A stretch of 62,768 nucleotides of DNA, counting the filler, from Nemertoderma westbladi (lineage: Eukaryota; Animalia; Xenacoelomorpha): assembly GCA_032718475.1 (NCBI GenBank). It is 4 parts of 4 records of this genome, joined end to end, with 100 filler letters (N's around TTAATTAATTAA, not from the genome) between each part and the next. Parts side by side here need not be neighbours in the genome. Positions count along the whole stretch, not along the records: positions 1 to 14,533 come from JAUCBJ010003954.1; positions 14,634 to 31,201 come from JAUCBJ010000070.1; 2 more parts are not named here. One strand, written 5' to 3'. The notes beneath the pieces were generated by a model, which was not told the DNA's origin, ran no database searches, and saw only the letters and a program-made list of their open reading frames with translations. Of this stretch, positions 13,925 through 26,469 are shown one piece after another. Position numbers and translations under genes: made by a program. The first letter of the stretch is position 1. Each line of letters opens with the position of its first letter.

Positions 13925-14533
13925 TTCAAAGTTCCCATACAGTAATGACGGGTCAGTCTCAGCAGTCTGGTAATGTAGTTCCCATACAGTAATGACGGGT
14001 CTTGCAGTCTGGTGATGTAGTTCCCATACAATAATGACGGGTCAGCCTCAGCAGTCTGGTGATGTAGTTCCCATACAGTAATGACGGGTCTTGCAGTCTG
14101 GTGATGTAGTTCCCATACAGTAATGATGGGCCAGCAGACTGGTGATGTACTTCCCATACAGTAATGATGGATCAGCAATCAGCAGTCTGGTGATGTAGTT
14201 CCCATACATTAATGATGGGTCAGCAGTCTGGCGATGTAATTCCAATACAGTAATGAATCACAGGTGTCAGCAGTCTGTTGATGTAGTTCCAATACAGTAA
14301 TGGCGGGTCAGCAGTCTGGAGATGTATTTCCCATACAGTAATGACGGGTCTGCAGTCTGGTGATGTAGTTCCCATACAGTAATGATGGGTCAGCAATCAG
14401 AAGTCTGGTGATGTAGTTCCCATACAGTAATGATGGGTCAGCAGTCTGGCGATGTACATCCCATACAGTAATGATGGGTCAGCAATCAGCAGTCTGGTGA
14501 TGTAGTTCCCATACAGTAATGACGGGTCTTGCA
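13925..14533. repeat. ~39-46-bp minisatellite truncated by a gap
   Basis: Repeats of cagcagtctggtgatgtagttcccatacagtaatgacgggt. Confidence 0.95.
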
Positions 14534-14633
14534 NNNNNNNNNNNNNNNNNNNNNNNNNNNNNNNNNNNNNNNNNNNNTTAATTAATTAANNNNNNNNNNN
14601 NNNNNNNNNNNNNNNNNNNNNNNNNNNNNNNNN
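14534..14633. other. Assembly gap with TTAATTAATTAA linker (also 31202-31301 and 53200-53299)
   Basis: N-runs flanking the same 12-mer in all three gaps. Confidence 0.97.
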
Positions 14634-15140
14634 TACCACTGCAGCCATTTACTGCTGCCATGCCAGCATACTGTACTGCAGTTCTTGTACACTTACGGCT
14701 TTACGGCTGTACAGTTAGGTCATAGGTAGTGAGTTAGGTACTGCAGGTAATCTTTAGCCGTCAGGCCGTCGGTCCGTGATAAATTAATTACTTAAATTTT
14801 AAATTGAAAATTCGTAAATCTATAAATTATGAAATTAATTCTGTTAATTAGACCTACAGTATGATTGATTATGAGCGATTGGCGAACGATAACCATACTT
14901 TTATTTTTTTTTATAAATAATTAAATTTTTAAAATTTTTGAAAAAGCTCCTGCTCCGGCTCCGGCCAAATTGTCCAACTCCGATTGAGCCCTAGTAGGCC
15001 TATATCAGTATATCTGTATATTGCAGTATTGTCTAATATTGCGCAGCTGAAAAATTGTGTGCAGGCGTTGTGCGCGGTTCAGTGGTCGTTTGCAGCCCAG
15101 CAGCCTGACATACCGGTAGTGCTGTAGTGTGATGTTATCA

Positions 15141-15611
15141 ATGGCCGGCAACTTTAGACCCCATCTTTGGGATCCTCGACTGATACTCAGCCAGATTATT
15201 GCCATGCAGTCAACCTTTTGGGTTACTCTAGGTTTATGGACCGCTGCAGCTGGGGCTATTAATGGCTCCACCACGTCCCTGTCTCTGATGTTCGGTTACG
15301 AAAGCTACAACATAACGTCGTGGAGTGGTCGCCTCAGTATCACTGCGTTCGGACTCAACTCTCTCACTGGCGCTCTCGCTTTATGGTTGATTGTCTGCCG
15401 TGCCCGCCAGTGTTCAGACTACACACTCACATTGTATTTGTACCATTTACTCGCTTGTTGGATATTTAACGGGAGTTTCCCAACTCAATTATCGTGGTGG
15501 CTTGTTAATATCGTTTGTGCCACTTTAATGGCAGTGGTTGGGGAATTCTTATGTATGCGAACAGAATCTAAAACCATTCAACTTGATGTCCATCCTAGAA
15601 CTGATCTGTAA
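15141..15611 (+). CDS. SYS1: SYS1 Golgi membrane trafficking protein, intronless, 156 aa
   Basis: MAGNFR..WDPRLILSQII.MQ, RARQCSDYTLT, FPTQLSWW, GEFLCMRTE; hydrophobic segments match SYS1 end to end. Confidence 0.95.
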   Translation: MAGNFRPHLWDPRLILSQIIAMQSTFWVTLGLWTAAAGAINGSTTSLSLMFGYESYNITSWSGRLSITAFGLNSLTGALALWLIVCRARQCSDYTLTLYLYHLLACWIFNGSFPTQLSWWLVNIVCATLMAVVGEFLCMRTESKTIQLDVHPRTDL

Positions 15612-16185
15612 TTCTGGTATACTGCAGTACTGGTACACCTTTCCAGTAGCCAGTCTGTTGGTGTTAGGGTTGGTATGGTTACTGGTCTCATACAGCCGGT
15701 ACCGCCCCACTGCAGTCTACCATACATTGGGATGATATTAACCCCCCCTCACCCCAATTTGACACCAAGGTATACTATTATTGCAACAATTCAGTAATAT
15801 ACTGATATATACCCGTACCGAATCCGAACTCTTTTCTCTCTAACTCATTTCAGCATTTCCGATGCTCTCATGTTTCTGTGACGAACCTAACCGACCGAGA
15901 GTGCCAACAGGAGATTATTTAGACCTGCTGAACAATAGTTTAACAATGGTAGAACAAGATTTTCAAATAGATCATACTTATTTTAATATTTTTTATCGCC
16001 ACCAGACCGTTTTTGATGCACAGTTTGTTGGCTGTACGATTAAATATTCGCTTACGGTAGGCCTACTCGTATAATATTCAAATATTTATAATTTAATTTA
16101 AAATAAAAGTTAAATTAACTCAATATTTTTCTGTTAAATGCAGTTGGCTATATAACGCGTTTGCCGTTCGTCAGGTTCCGCTATT

Positions 16186-16278
16186 AAGTCTTACATAACA
16201 CAATCCATTTAGCTTTTAAGTCTTACATAACACAATCCATTTAGCTTTTAAGTCTTACATAACACATTCCATTTAGCA
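16186..16278. repeat. 32-bp tandem repeat, ~3 copies
   Basis: taagtcttacataacacaatccatttagcttt repeated. Confidence 0.9.
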
Positions 16279-17066
16279 TTCTCCTCGCGTGTCGAGGTCA
16301 CTTCCACCACAGCATTACGAGTTTACCCATGTTTCTATCTCTCATCTGCCCGCTCATTAGCTCTTTTATGTCGTAATGCTGCCAAGCGTTACTTAAAACA
16401 CAATGGCTGCCAATAATTTGTTTTAACTTATTTGTAGTTTTTGATGTCATTTAGTTTGTAGTTTTATTTTTATTTGTGTCAATAACATGGTTGATTACAT
16501 TTGATTTAGTTGAATTATCAATCTATGAATACTATAAATCTTACCAGTACACACTACACAGTACAGTACAGTACCAGTACCAGTACAGTAGGCAATCGTA
16601 GTACTGCGGTGGTCAAGATGTACTTACTAATGTTATTTAATACCTGTACTACGTTTATGTCCAAAAATGCAATTTAAACAAATTCAGAGAAAATACCCTC
16701 TTGGTTGGTGCGAAATCAGCTGAACTGCTGTCAGCTGACCAGCTTATTGTTTGCATGCATGTCTTGTTCACCATTCGATTTATATTTCAGGTCTGTTATG
16801 CCCCGGCCCCCTAAATTTACTAGGCCTATTCATCTGTTCATAGTTTTTACAAACGGGTTGTTACATTATGATTCATCAAAATAACCTTCTTAACAGTTTT
16901 CGAGGTGTTTGTTCGAGGAACTTCCCGTGGTAGCCGAGTAAAGTTATTCGATTATATAAAATATACGGTTTTTGGATGATGAAGTCTAAATCCGAATTAT
17001 TTCATAAATCATGATTAATTAATTTTTATTTAATGTTTGTAAATATTTCTTAATATTAACTTCAAC

Positions 17067-17447
17067 ATGAATTCGAGACTCTGTAAAGTAGAGCCGAGTA
17101 AAGCTTCTGTTACGTGTCAGAAGTGTCTTATGAAGGGCCACTTTACCTACGAATGCCAAGGGAAACGAACTTACGTGAAACGGCCAAGTCGCAGTCAACA
17201 ACTCGAGATTAATCTTAGGAAGACACCGGGACCATGTCGGACAGGGGCAGGGGTTGCAACTGATAGAGCGACGAAAATAGAATCGGACGGACACCCTTTG
17301 ATAATTGAACGTTCTAGAACCGACAGCAGCAGTTCCTCTGCCTCAGCGGACTCGGATAATTCGTCAACGACCTCCAGGAGTTCATCAACCTCTGGAAGTT
17401 CTGACTCCGGCAGTTATGAACCGACGCCAAAGAAATCTAGAACATAG
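17067..17447 (+). CDS. ZCCHC10: Zinc finger CCHC-type containing 10, intronless
   Basis: CQKCLMKGHFTYECQGKRTYVKRPSRS knuckle, Ser-rich tail, basic C-terminus; aataaa at ~17550. Confidence 0.9.
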   Translation: MNSRLCKVEPSKASVTCQKCLMKGHFTYECQGKRTYVKRPSRSQQLEINLRKTPGPCRTGAGVATDRATKIESDGHPLIIERSRTDSSSSSASADSDNSSTTSRSSSTSGSSDSGSYEPTPKKSRT

Positions 17448-17705
17448 TGACTAACCCAATCATCTATTTATTAGTTCTCATTAAAGTTTACATTTTGTTG
17501 TTTTAATTTCGGTTGTATTGTTATTTATGTTATTTCAGTTTTTCATCCAAATAAAATAACTCATGTTTAAGTCCAAGAATTGTCACTATTTACATTACAG
17601 AGTGAAAGTTTCAATTTTGTCAATTTTGTTAGAAAATTCAAATTCAAATCAATTCAAATTAGAAAACTAAGCAAATGATCAGCTTGAAGGCCTTAGACCC
17701 TTAAT

Positions 17706-17925
17706 CTGAGCCTCAGTGAGACATAGTCTGTGCCTCAGTGAGGCATAGTGTGTGCCTCAGTGAGGCATAGTCTGTGCCTCAGTGAGGCATTTTCTGTGCC
17801 TCAGTGAGGCATAATCTGTGCCTCAGTGCCTCAGTGAGGCATTGTCTGAGGCTCAGTGAGGCATAGTCTGAGCCTCAGTGAGGCATAGTCTGAGCCTCAG
17901 TGAGGCATAGTCTGTGCCTCAGACC
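17706..17925. repeat. 22-bp tandem repeat with palindromic core
   Basis: gcctcagtgaggcatagtctgt, ~10 copies. Confidence 0.95.
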
Positions 17926-19621
17926 TAAAACTCGAGACTTTAGGAGTGCCTCAGGTCTTAAATCCGAGTCTTTAGCAGCAGACTGAAGAACTGCGGACCG
18001 ATCAACCTCCTCAGTAAAGTATAGCCTATGTCATAGTAGATGCCTACCAAGTTTCAGCCTAAATGGATTAAAAACAATCAAATGACATCAGGTTTTCACT
18101 TTGAGACATTTCACCCTCTAGCGGCAGACTGGGGAACTTCAGACTACTCTGCGACTCCGTAAAAGATATAGCCTATGCTGTAGTAGATGCCTACCGAGTT
18201 TAAAACTAAGGGGATTGTAAATAGCAAAGTTAGAGAAGATGTTAATTTTCAGATAATACGCCCTCTAGCGGCAGACTATAGAACTGCAGACGGCTGGATA
18301 TAGGTAAGAGTAATTAGTAATCAGAGGTGTCTCTAGAGGGGGTGGGGCGCTTGGATACAACTAATATTAAAAACCTGCTGCTTGGTTAAAGGTAATTGGG
18401 GGTCAAAGGTCAACGATAATGCTGTCTGGATATAGGTAAGAATAATTAGTTACTAGTATAGGACCTGTATACCCTAGGGCTAAGTATATTGAGCTGAAAG
18501 TCTATGCCAACAATAACGTTATTCGGTAAGTAATAAAAACTAATTATTGGTAAATCTAAAAATAGAAATCAATTAATTAATTTAAAATTAAATACAAATA
18601 ATTAAATACAAATAAATAAATATCAATAAATAAAAGAGCAGAGGGTCACTCATGACACCCTCTTGGGCCGGCTTTGTGACAGTTGGACATCACTCATGCC
18701 CCAATGGGTGTCAGGGCGCTAATCAGTCTGATTAAGACACCTACAGTATTAGGGTTTAATTATACTAATTAATTGATGACACCTGTCAATTAGGGTCTAA
18801 TTAGCCTAATTAGGAGGTTCACCCAGACAGTCTGGCGCCAATGACACCCTATGGGTGATAATTGGGTGTCATATGACACCTGTTACGATATATGGCGTTG
18901 TCCGAAACAGCCCATTATACAGTATAAAATAAATTATATAAGTGTATATTAATATGCAATTGTAGTATAATTAGATAAGGTAAATAAAATCTACAGGTTT
19001 GTTTTATATTCATTTAATTTTATACTGTATGTAGCTTTAATTACGTATATTTTATAATAAAACCGCAGTGTATTAAATTACGGTGCAAAAACCTATAAAT
19101 AAAATATATGAATTTGCCGTTATATAATATCCTTTTAATCTACTCCGTGATTGTGCTAATTTCGCCTGTGTTTCTATATTAATCAATATTGTGCTAGATT
19201 TACGTTTAAATTGCGCTTTTAATAATCGCAATAATTTTTATTGTCCGTTTAAATCCTTTTTTTGTCCTTTTTTTTTTATGTCCTCCAAAAGTCTAATGTT
19301 AGGTTCCATGCTACCGGTTTCTCTACTGCTGTTTTCTCAGGATATCAGTACCGGTATTAGTATATATAGCACTATTTTGCTGTATTGTATGTACAGATGT
19401 AGGTATAAAGCAGGTATTTCTGTATTTTAGTACCGGCACCGGTACTGCTATAGGCCTACTGTGTAGCCTACCATTTAAATACGGTACCGTAATGGTAGGC
19501 CTACCGGTTGTGCTAATAAACTTTAAATAATTGATAGGCCAAACTGGATTGCAGGATTGTGGAAAATGTGGATATACCTTTAACATAATTTAGGCCTACA
19601 GTATTACTGTATTAGTTTTAT

Positions 19622-20270
19622 CGTCTCTGTAACCTGCTCCTTTCCCTCAATTAGTTAAATGATCGTTTATTGTTTTGGTCAGAAAATCACGCCTCTGTAA
19701 CCTGCCCCTTTCCCTCAATTAGTTAAATGATCGTTTATTGTTTTGGTTAGAAAATCCCGCCTCTGTAACCTGCTCCTTTCCCTGAATTGGTAAAGTGACC
19801 GTTTATTGTTTTGGTTAGAAAGGCCCGCCTCTGTAACCTGCCCCTTTCCCTCAATTAGTTAAATGATCGTTTATTGTTTTGGTAAGAAAACCCCGCCTCT
19901 GTAACCTGATCCTTTCCCTCAATTAGTTAAGTGATTGTTTATTGTTTTGGTTAGAAAATTCCGCCTCTGTAACCTGTCCCTTTCCCTCAATTAGTTAAAT
20001 GATCGTTTATTGTTTTGGTTAGAAAATCCCGCCTCTGTAACCTGCTCCTTTCCCTCAATAAGTTAAGTGATCGTTTATTGTTTTGGTTAGAAAATCCCGC
20101 CTCTGTAACCTGCTCCTTTCCCTCAATTAGTTAAGTGATCGTTTATTGTTTTGGTTAGAAAATCCCGTCTCTGTAACCTGCTCCTTTCCCTGATTTGGTA
20201 AAGTGACTGTTTATTGTTTTGGTTAGAAAACTCGGCCTTAACCTGCTCCTTTCCATCAATTGGTAATTGT
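19622..20270. repeat. 68-bp tandem repeat, ~9.5 copies
   Basis: tgtaacctg recurs at 19628, 19696, 19764 and onward. Confidence 0.95.
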
Positions 20271-23203
20271 TTTTGGCTATAAAATGAGTGTTTTGCTACG
20301 TCATGTGGTAATCGATTATCGACAACAACCACAAACTATTAAATATAGAGTCTTTTTACCACAGGCGCATATGGAAATCTATCTCATAGTCTATAAATCA
20401 TGGAATCATGGAATGTTTTGGCACAGGCATAGTGAAATGAACTGTCTGACAGTCCAGAAATCAGCAGTCTGACAGTTTGAAGAAATACATACATAAAAAG
20501 TCATTAAAAGGACAATAAAAGTCATTAAAAGGACAACAAAAGTCATTATGCATAATTCGTAAAAAAAAAATGACAAAAAAAGTCAAATAAAAGGACATAA
20601 AAAAGCACTGCCTTTAATAATTTAGGGCAATTATGCGTTTCTGCTCGCTGGTTGGTAAAGAGCCCAGATGGGAGAACCCTGGATCTGACCGATCATGTGA
20701 GAAGAATAGACATTGCGTCATTCTTATTCAGTTTTTGTGTTAGCCATCTTAAATTTGTATTTCCGGTTGACTGTAAATTTGCTGATTTCTGCTTATAAAA
20801 TGTGACTTTACCAATGATTACTGCTTGGCCTAATTCTTGATTTATTCTGATTGTAATTATAATCACTACAATGTAATAAATCTCAACAATCGTTGTTTCT
20901 TTGATAACTGTCTGACTGTTTGATGCTTTATTACGCTGTTACGGTAACAGCTCACTTTAGCATGCAGGGCTAAAGTAGACGTAGCGGGCGCACTGTTAAG
21001 GAATGGCGATGGATCAGGTTGTAGGATCCAATGTGCGGCAGTGCTGGCAAGGCTAGTGACTGTTGGGTCGGGCTGAGTGAAGTCTAGGACCGGGGACGGT
21101 CACTTTAAGGTAGTAAGGGCAAAGTAATCCAAATTTTGTCTCTCAATAGTTTTAGTTAGTTAGGGGTAAAGGACCACATTAGCTTTTAGGTGACCTTGGA
21201 TAGTTACGCTATCGCTATACAGTACTATTGCTACTAATGTGGCTATTGCTACGCTATTATTATTGTTGTATTGTTTAGGAAGTGTCTGATTCTTGACTGT
21301 AATGTTTTAGAAAGATGCTATAAATTATAGATTGTTTTTCTATTCTAAATTGAATGCTCGCTTGAATTGCGGTTAGGTCAAATAATACGGTATTTAGGCT
21401 GACTCTAGTGTAGCCCAGTTGTGTAATTAGTTAGCGTTACAACTTTGGAATACATTAATTTTTTAGATAGTTCGCTACTTTGTATGTTTAAATAAATGTA
21501 GTTTATGCTAGTATTTAGAACAAATAAGGATTTGTATGCTGCATAGCGGAGAATAGTTGGGTTATTTACGCTTAGGGAATATTTAAGCTAATTTACGCTA
21601 GGCGGTTATCTGAAAATAGCGGGTTCGCAAGTCTTACAGTAGTTACAAGTGTAGCGAAGCATTAAAATAGCTGATTACAGTCAGCACCAGAGTCACAGAA
21701 GTTTAGGTAAATATTTTTCCCTTCATTGTAACATTAAATATTCTCACAACCAACATTTGATCGCCTGACAAACTACTTTCTTTCTCTGCGAGATGTGAAC
21801 AGAATGGAATGCTGAGTCACCTGCACTCATATTAGTAGCCTGGGAAGCCAAAGCGGATTTATTGTTTTGGTTATTTATGTTTCGGCTTGCGTTTAGAGTG
21901 ATTAGTGTTCGCGCTTTTGAAGACCTTTAGCAGTTTAACCTGCCAAAATTTATATGTCTTTTAGTTAATTAAAACACCTTTAGCATACGACAATATTTTA
22001 TGCTAATACACAAAACATTAGCCGAAGTCAGCCCATGCGCGATCATTCACCCGATGGATCTACACCCGGGAGGCTGAATTCGGATGCTTAAATTTTATTA
22101 TTGCAGTGTAAGGTTGCAGTGTAAACCTACTGTATTATTCGATAGATCGTTAATAATTAATTTCTGACAGATATTATTGGCTTTCGGGAATTATTAACAG
22201 TTCCTTTAGGACGTGGCGCTCTATTTATTTAAACAGAACTAGGACTTATACTAAACGCAACGATACCGCTTATGATTAAAGTATAAGGCGTATTCTTTAG
22301 GAAATACTTTGTTACCAGTCACAATCATGCACACTATTCTGCCGACCGTCAGTATATTTGATCACACATAAAGAGAGCAGCAATTGACTCATGTAGGGTC
22401 TGCTAAATAACATTAGATTCAATACACACCACATTAATATAAATCGCAATTGTTATATATAGCCTGTCTCTCTAACCTGTAGTGTATCAAGAAAATTGGG
22501 AAATTTGGGTGATTTATCCGTATTCTCCAAAGGGCAATATTTCATCAACAAATAGATACAATTAATAACTGACGGTAAATAACAGTACAAACAATATGAT
22601 TAGTGCAGTTAAATTAAATGATTGAGACTCGTTAAGTTCGTTAGTTAAGTGAGTTAAGATTGATTAGGTAACAGTTATACTTTCGGTAATTTAAGCAGTT
22701 TTACTAGAGTTCTTCCCAAAAGCCGGTGTTATGGCAAAAAATGGGAACATAACAACAGAATCATATGAAGAATCATATGACTAGAATAACTATACGAGGA
22801 TACCAACTACCCTTATTCCACGAAGCTCCCGTTCAACACAGAGGATGAGCATAGAGATAGGAAATTCAGTTCAGTAGCTCTGGGATAGGTCGAAATCAAC
22901 GCCCACTCAAATTCTATTGGCCGACACGGACAGCAGGGCAGAGGCAACCTCCCTAAGCTAGTTGGCCGATTAAACTGAGCCCAGATATCTCCGTACAGCA
23001 CATCAGCCAATAAGCTGGTAGCTTGCACTATTTTAGTTATAAATCCCTTTGAGAGTATTCTAGCGACCGGGGGGGAACTGGCCAGCAAAGGCAAACGTAT
23101 CAGTTATCCCACAAAAGCTTTTACACCGCTCCCAGAAAATGGGATTTAAGTCTATAAAATATACAAAATCACAGTTTCTAAAATATAAAAATACTCTAAA
23201 CAG

Positions 23204-24979
23204 TTAGTCTTTCTTGCGCGGACGGCGTTTACGCAGTTTTTTAAAGCTAGCAAGAGTCCTTTTCTCTTTGGGGCGAGCCACTTTACGAGGAGGGCTATAA
23301 CTCCTGGGTGAAGGGTGCAATATGATTGCATCAGAAGGTATGGGATTGCGATCGGTATATCCGCCGGTCGAAGTACCGGGTTGATTGACATCAACGTCCG
23401 GGGAGAGGGGTCTAACGGCTTTGAGAGCTCGTTTCAAGACAGCCGCTCTTACGGGTCCTTTACGAGTGGTCTGAACGAGGGCCGTGGGTGGACCATAGGC
23501 AGTTAGAAACTTCCTTGGTTTAATGGTTCTTTCCAACTCGCGTTCGCGGGCTCTGTACTCGTAAGGCCGTCGATATACTTCTTGTAACTCGGGGTGTGAG
23601 TTGACAAATAAGTCTCCATAGGCCGGATCTTGACGGATAAAGTTTATTAAGTTGTACGAATTGATGTCACTCGGATTAATGCTCCTGAGAAATTTGCGTA
23701 CATATTTGGTTGAAATACATTCTCCAACGCGCTTCAATAGTTCATAACTTGATAGGCGCGATTTCTGCTCGACGGAGGCAAACAAATAAGGATGGAACGC
23801 ATAAACTCCTTCGTAAGCGCGTCCAGGATAATAGCGATGGCGTGAATCACAATGTAAATCAGCGTTCGCTTCCCAAGCTCTGATATAACGTAGTACAATC
23901 ATTTCATCTACGCTCTCTAAATCATGGTTAAAGGGACAATCAAAGCTGGCGTGTCCTTTTAATTGACAATGATGGCATTGAGTCATAAATTGGGGGCAGA
24001 CAGCAAAAATGTGCAAATTATTAAGCCGACAATATGCACAATAGATTTCCATCGACGGTTGCTCGTGGAAATAGAAACAAAGATCGTTGGTGTCCATAGA
24101 CGTAATATGGTCTCTCGATGCGCATAGCCGACAACGTTGTCTAGAAACATAATTGGCATGGCGATAATCATACGCAGTAAGACACTGGGGACCTTGATAC
24201 CATTCCAATATGTAGTCGCTATCGCTACTCCGAGACGTGGGGGGCTGAATCTCTTCAGATTCTAAACATATGGGTTCGTCTTCCCCTTGTATAGTTGAGG
24301 TAGGCGTGGCTGTCTCCTCAAGTGGACCTATCGTCTGAATTTCCACGACAGAATAACCGGTGGGGATCCGAGGTCTTTGGATAACCGAGGAGTGCAGGTT
24401 TATTATACAAATGTCTTTGAAAATAGCGAATCCAGCGCTATCTAACTTCTCCGCAGCCGAGTCTCTTAAGCTGAGCTTGGTCAAAGCGCGGTCTTTGAAT
24501 TGGCTATCCACGTTGCGAAACGGGGTTAAAAACCGTCGGAAACATTCAAAGCGGATGAATTTATTATGTTCATCTAGCTTAGCGAGTTTGGTCCCAAGGA
24601 TTAATGGATGGGCGCGTATAGTGCGACTGCACACATCGGCTAGCCAACCGGAAAGTGCGGTGTTTTCGAAGATCGTGTAGATAGCTAAGGAGGGACGGAG
24701 TGGAACACTCATGAAGCTATACACGGCGCCAGGTGCGGTCAACGGTCCGTCAAAGTATAATAGAGAATAATGGTCTCCGTATACTTGTTGATAGTTGATG
24801 GGATTTCCGACCTTGAAATTCCACCCGTATTCCTGAAAGGCAAGATGTCCGATGGAAGTTCGTTGCACCTTTGTAATGTTGCTAGACGCATTAGCATACA
24901 TGGTGCGAAAGAAACCTCGGCCTTCGGCCCAAGGAGCTATCAGCTGAGTATCCACGAAAGGGTATGGAATGTTCTCCAT
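23204..24979 (-). CDS. 591-aa protein of unknown family with a Cys/His zinc-knuckle cluster and basic tail
   Basis: Uninterrupted ORF; CRLCASRDH..C, CAYCRLNNLHIFAVCP, CHHCQLKGHASFDCP; ends KKLRKRRPRKKD. Confidence 0.75.
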   Translation of the reverse strand: MENIPYPFVDTQLIAPWAEGRGFFRTMYANASSNITKVQRTSIGHLAFQEYGWNFKVGNPINYQQVYGDHYSLLYFDGPLTAPGAVYSFMSVPLRPSLAIYTIFENTALSGWLADVCSRTIRAHPLILGTKLAKLDEHNKFIRFECFRRFLTPFRNVDSQFKDRALTKLSLRDSAAEKLDSAGFAIFKDICIINLHSSVIQRPRIPTGYSVVEIQTIGPLEETATPTSTIQGEDEPICLESEEIQPPTSRSSDSDYILEWYQGPQCLTAYDYRHANYVSRQRCRLCASRDHITSMDTNDLCFYFHEQPSMEIYCAYCRLNNLHIFAVCPQFMTQCHHCQLKGHASFDCPFNHDLESVDEMIVLRYIRAWEANADLHCDSRHRYYPGRAYEGVYAFHPYLFASVEQKSRLSSYELLKRVGECISTKYVRKFLRSINPSDINSYNLINFIRQDPAYGDLFVNSHPELQEVYRRPYEYRARERELERTIKPRKFLTAYGPPTALVQTTRKGPVRAAVLKRALKAVRPLSPDVDVNQPGTSTGGYTDRNPIPSDAIILHPSPRSYSPPRKVARPKEKRTLASFKKLRKRRPRKKD

Positions 24980-25645
24980 ATTCCTGTTGCACGCCTAACA
25001 TGTTTTCCGCCATCGATGGGAGAGGGCAAGGAAAACCTATGACACATTCAACAAGGTTTAAAATACGATCTCAGTAGGAGGATTATGTCATTCGAAGATT
25101 ATCTCCAAATTAATTTATCCCCAATTATTAAGGGAGGTGAACAACCAGATTTATGACACACAATGGTACCAGTTGTTCACAGACTAGCCGCGTATCCTTT
25201 TAGACCTTGTATCGGGTTGTGGACCTAAGGAAATTATCGGTAGTTGATTATGTAATCAACGACAAAGAGATGGGCGTTGATATTATAAATACCAACACAA
25301 TGGTATATGGACAGGAGGTGCGGACACGAATATAGGCATCCAGATGAACAGTAAAGGGTGGGGAGATTTATTAGGAAGCGGTATGATTCATACCACGATA
25401 CCACTATGATTGGTCGATCGATGAAGGGAGTAAAGAGGAGGAAGGAGATATGGTAGTATCCATAAGACACCACAATGGACATGTTTTCCGTTACCTCATC
25501 ATTCATTCTTATCTGCTTACTGTGACACTGATCACAATAATTACAGGAAAACGATGAAGGAAGAGAAAGTTACAGCCTCCCGAAGGAGACCGCCCGCGAG
25601 CACCCGTGCCCCGGGGAAAACTATTCACATTATGGACCCTAGACA

Positions 25646-26275
25646 TCAACTCATGTCTCTTCTCCAGTGGTTCCCTTCTATTAGTTCAAAGCTATCTGAG
25701 ACAACAGATAGTGGACGATCTGCGGTAAGATACATCATGGTGAAATAGAGTCGTTTGAGTTCTACCATGGGATCGTGATGTATACCTTGAGGATATCGAG
25801 TCTCTAGGTTCTGTTGACTGGCAATATTGAGATAGGTTTCTCTCAAAAATTCCAAGTAGTCGTTGAAGTTGATACGCTTATCGGGTTCTTCAACGTTTTC
25901 TCTGTCGAGTAGGTTGCGAATAGAGTTCTCGTGTTCTATTCTCGGTTTATCATTACGATTCCGCTGGGCATGATATTTAAATAAAACCATTTCCCTTTCG
26001 GTGTCTACATCATCAGTATCATGTAAATCGGTAGGATGGCCGGTAGTTAAGAAGTCCATATACGTACCATTACGATTCGTATAGCGAGCGGTGAATTTTC
26101 TATAGTCCGATTCACGCGTAAGTTGTTCCTGGGACATCGGCGGTTCGATATAACGACCATCGTCCTCCGTAATAGTCGGATCGGCTTCACCGCGTATCAA
26201 GCTATCCACAAACGCTTGTAAAGGTAGAGTATATCGCTCTCTAATACCAAGGTCATCTTCTATCAATTCCGTCAT
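25646..26275 (-). CDS. 209-aa acidic protein of unknown function
   Basis: ATG-initiated open frame with protein-like composition, same strand and upstream of the 591-aa ORF. Confidence 0.6.
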   Translation of the reverse strand: MTELIEDDLGIRERYTLPLQAFVDSLIRGEADPTITEDDGRYIEPPMSQEQLTRESDYRKFTARYTNRNGTYMDFLTTGHPTDLHDTDDVDTEREMVLFKYHAQRNRNDKPRIEHENSIRNLLDRENVEEPDKRINFNDYLEFLRETYLNIASQQNLETRYPQGIHHDPMVELKRLYFTMMYLTADRPLSVVSDSFELIEGNHWRRDMS

Positions 26276-26347
26276 ATCTGCTATCTGAGTTTATTAATAT
26301 CAATATGAGTTAATATTTTAGGCAAGCGGGCGTCGCTGCCTACTAGG

Positions 26348-26469
26348 CTTTGCCCCCGGACAGTGGGTTTCTCAGCGCCGATGTACCGTTGTCGCAGTGT
26401 TTACGCCAACATGTAGCAACAGCACGACAACGATAACCGGCACAAGTCCCACCACTGTCCGTCCCAAAG
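26348..26469. other. Long imperfect GC-rich stem-loop
   Basis: cggacagtgg 26357-66 pairs with ccactgtccg 26452-61; cgttgtcg 26387-94 with cgacaacg 26425-32; also gccg/cggc and ctttg/caaag. Confidence 0.75.

Noticed and set aside
14578-14589. TTAATTAATTAA as a biological motif
   Set aside because: It is identical in the centre of all three N-gaps, so it is a scaffolding linker.
20690-21795. LTR with polypurine tract for the orphan cassette
   Set aside because: A purine run (minus strand, ~21777-88) near TGTCA exists, but I found no second LTR, PBS or TSD.
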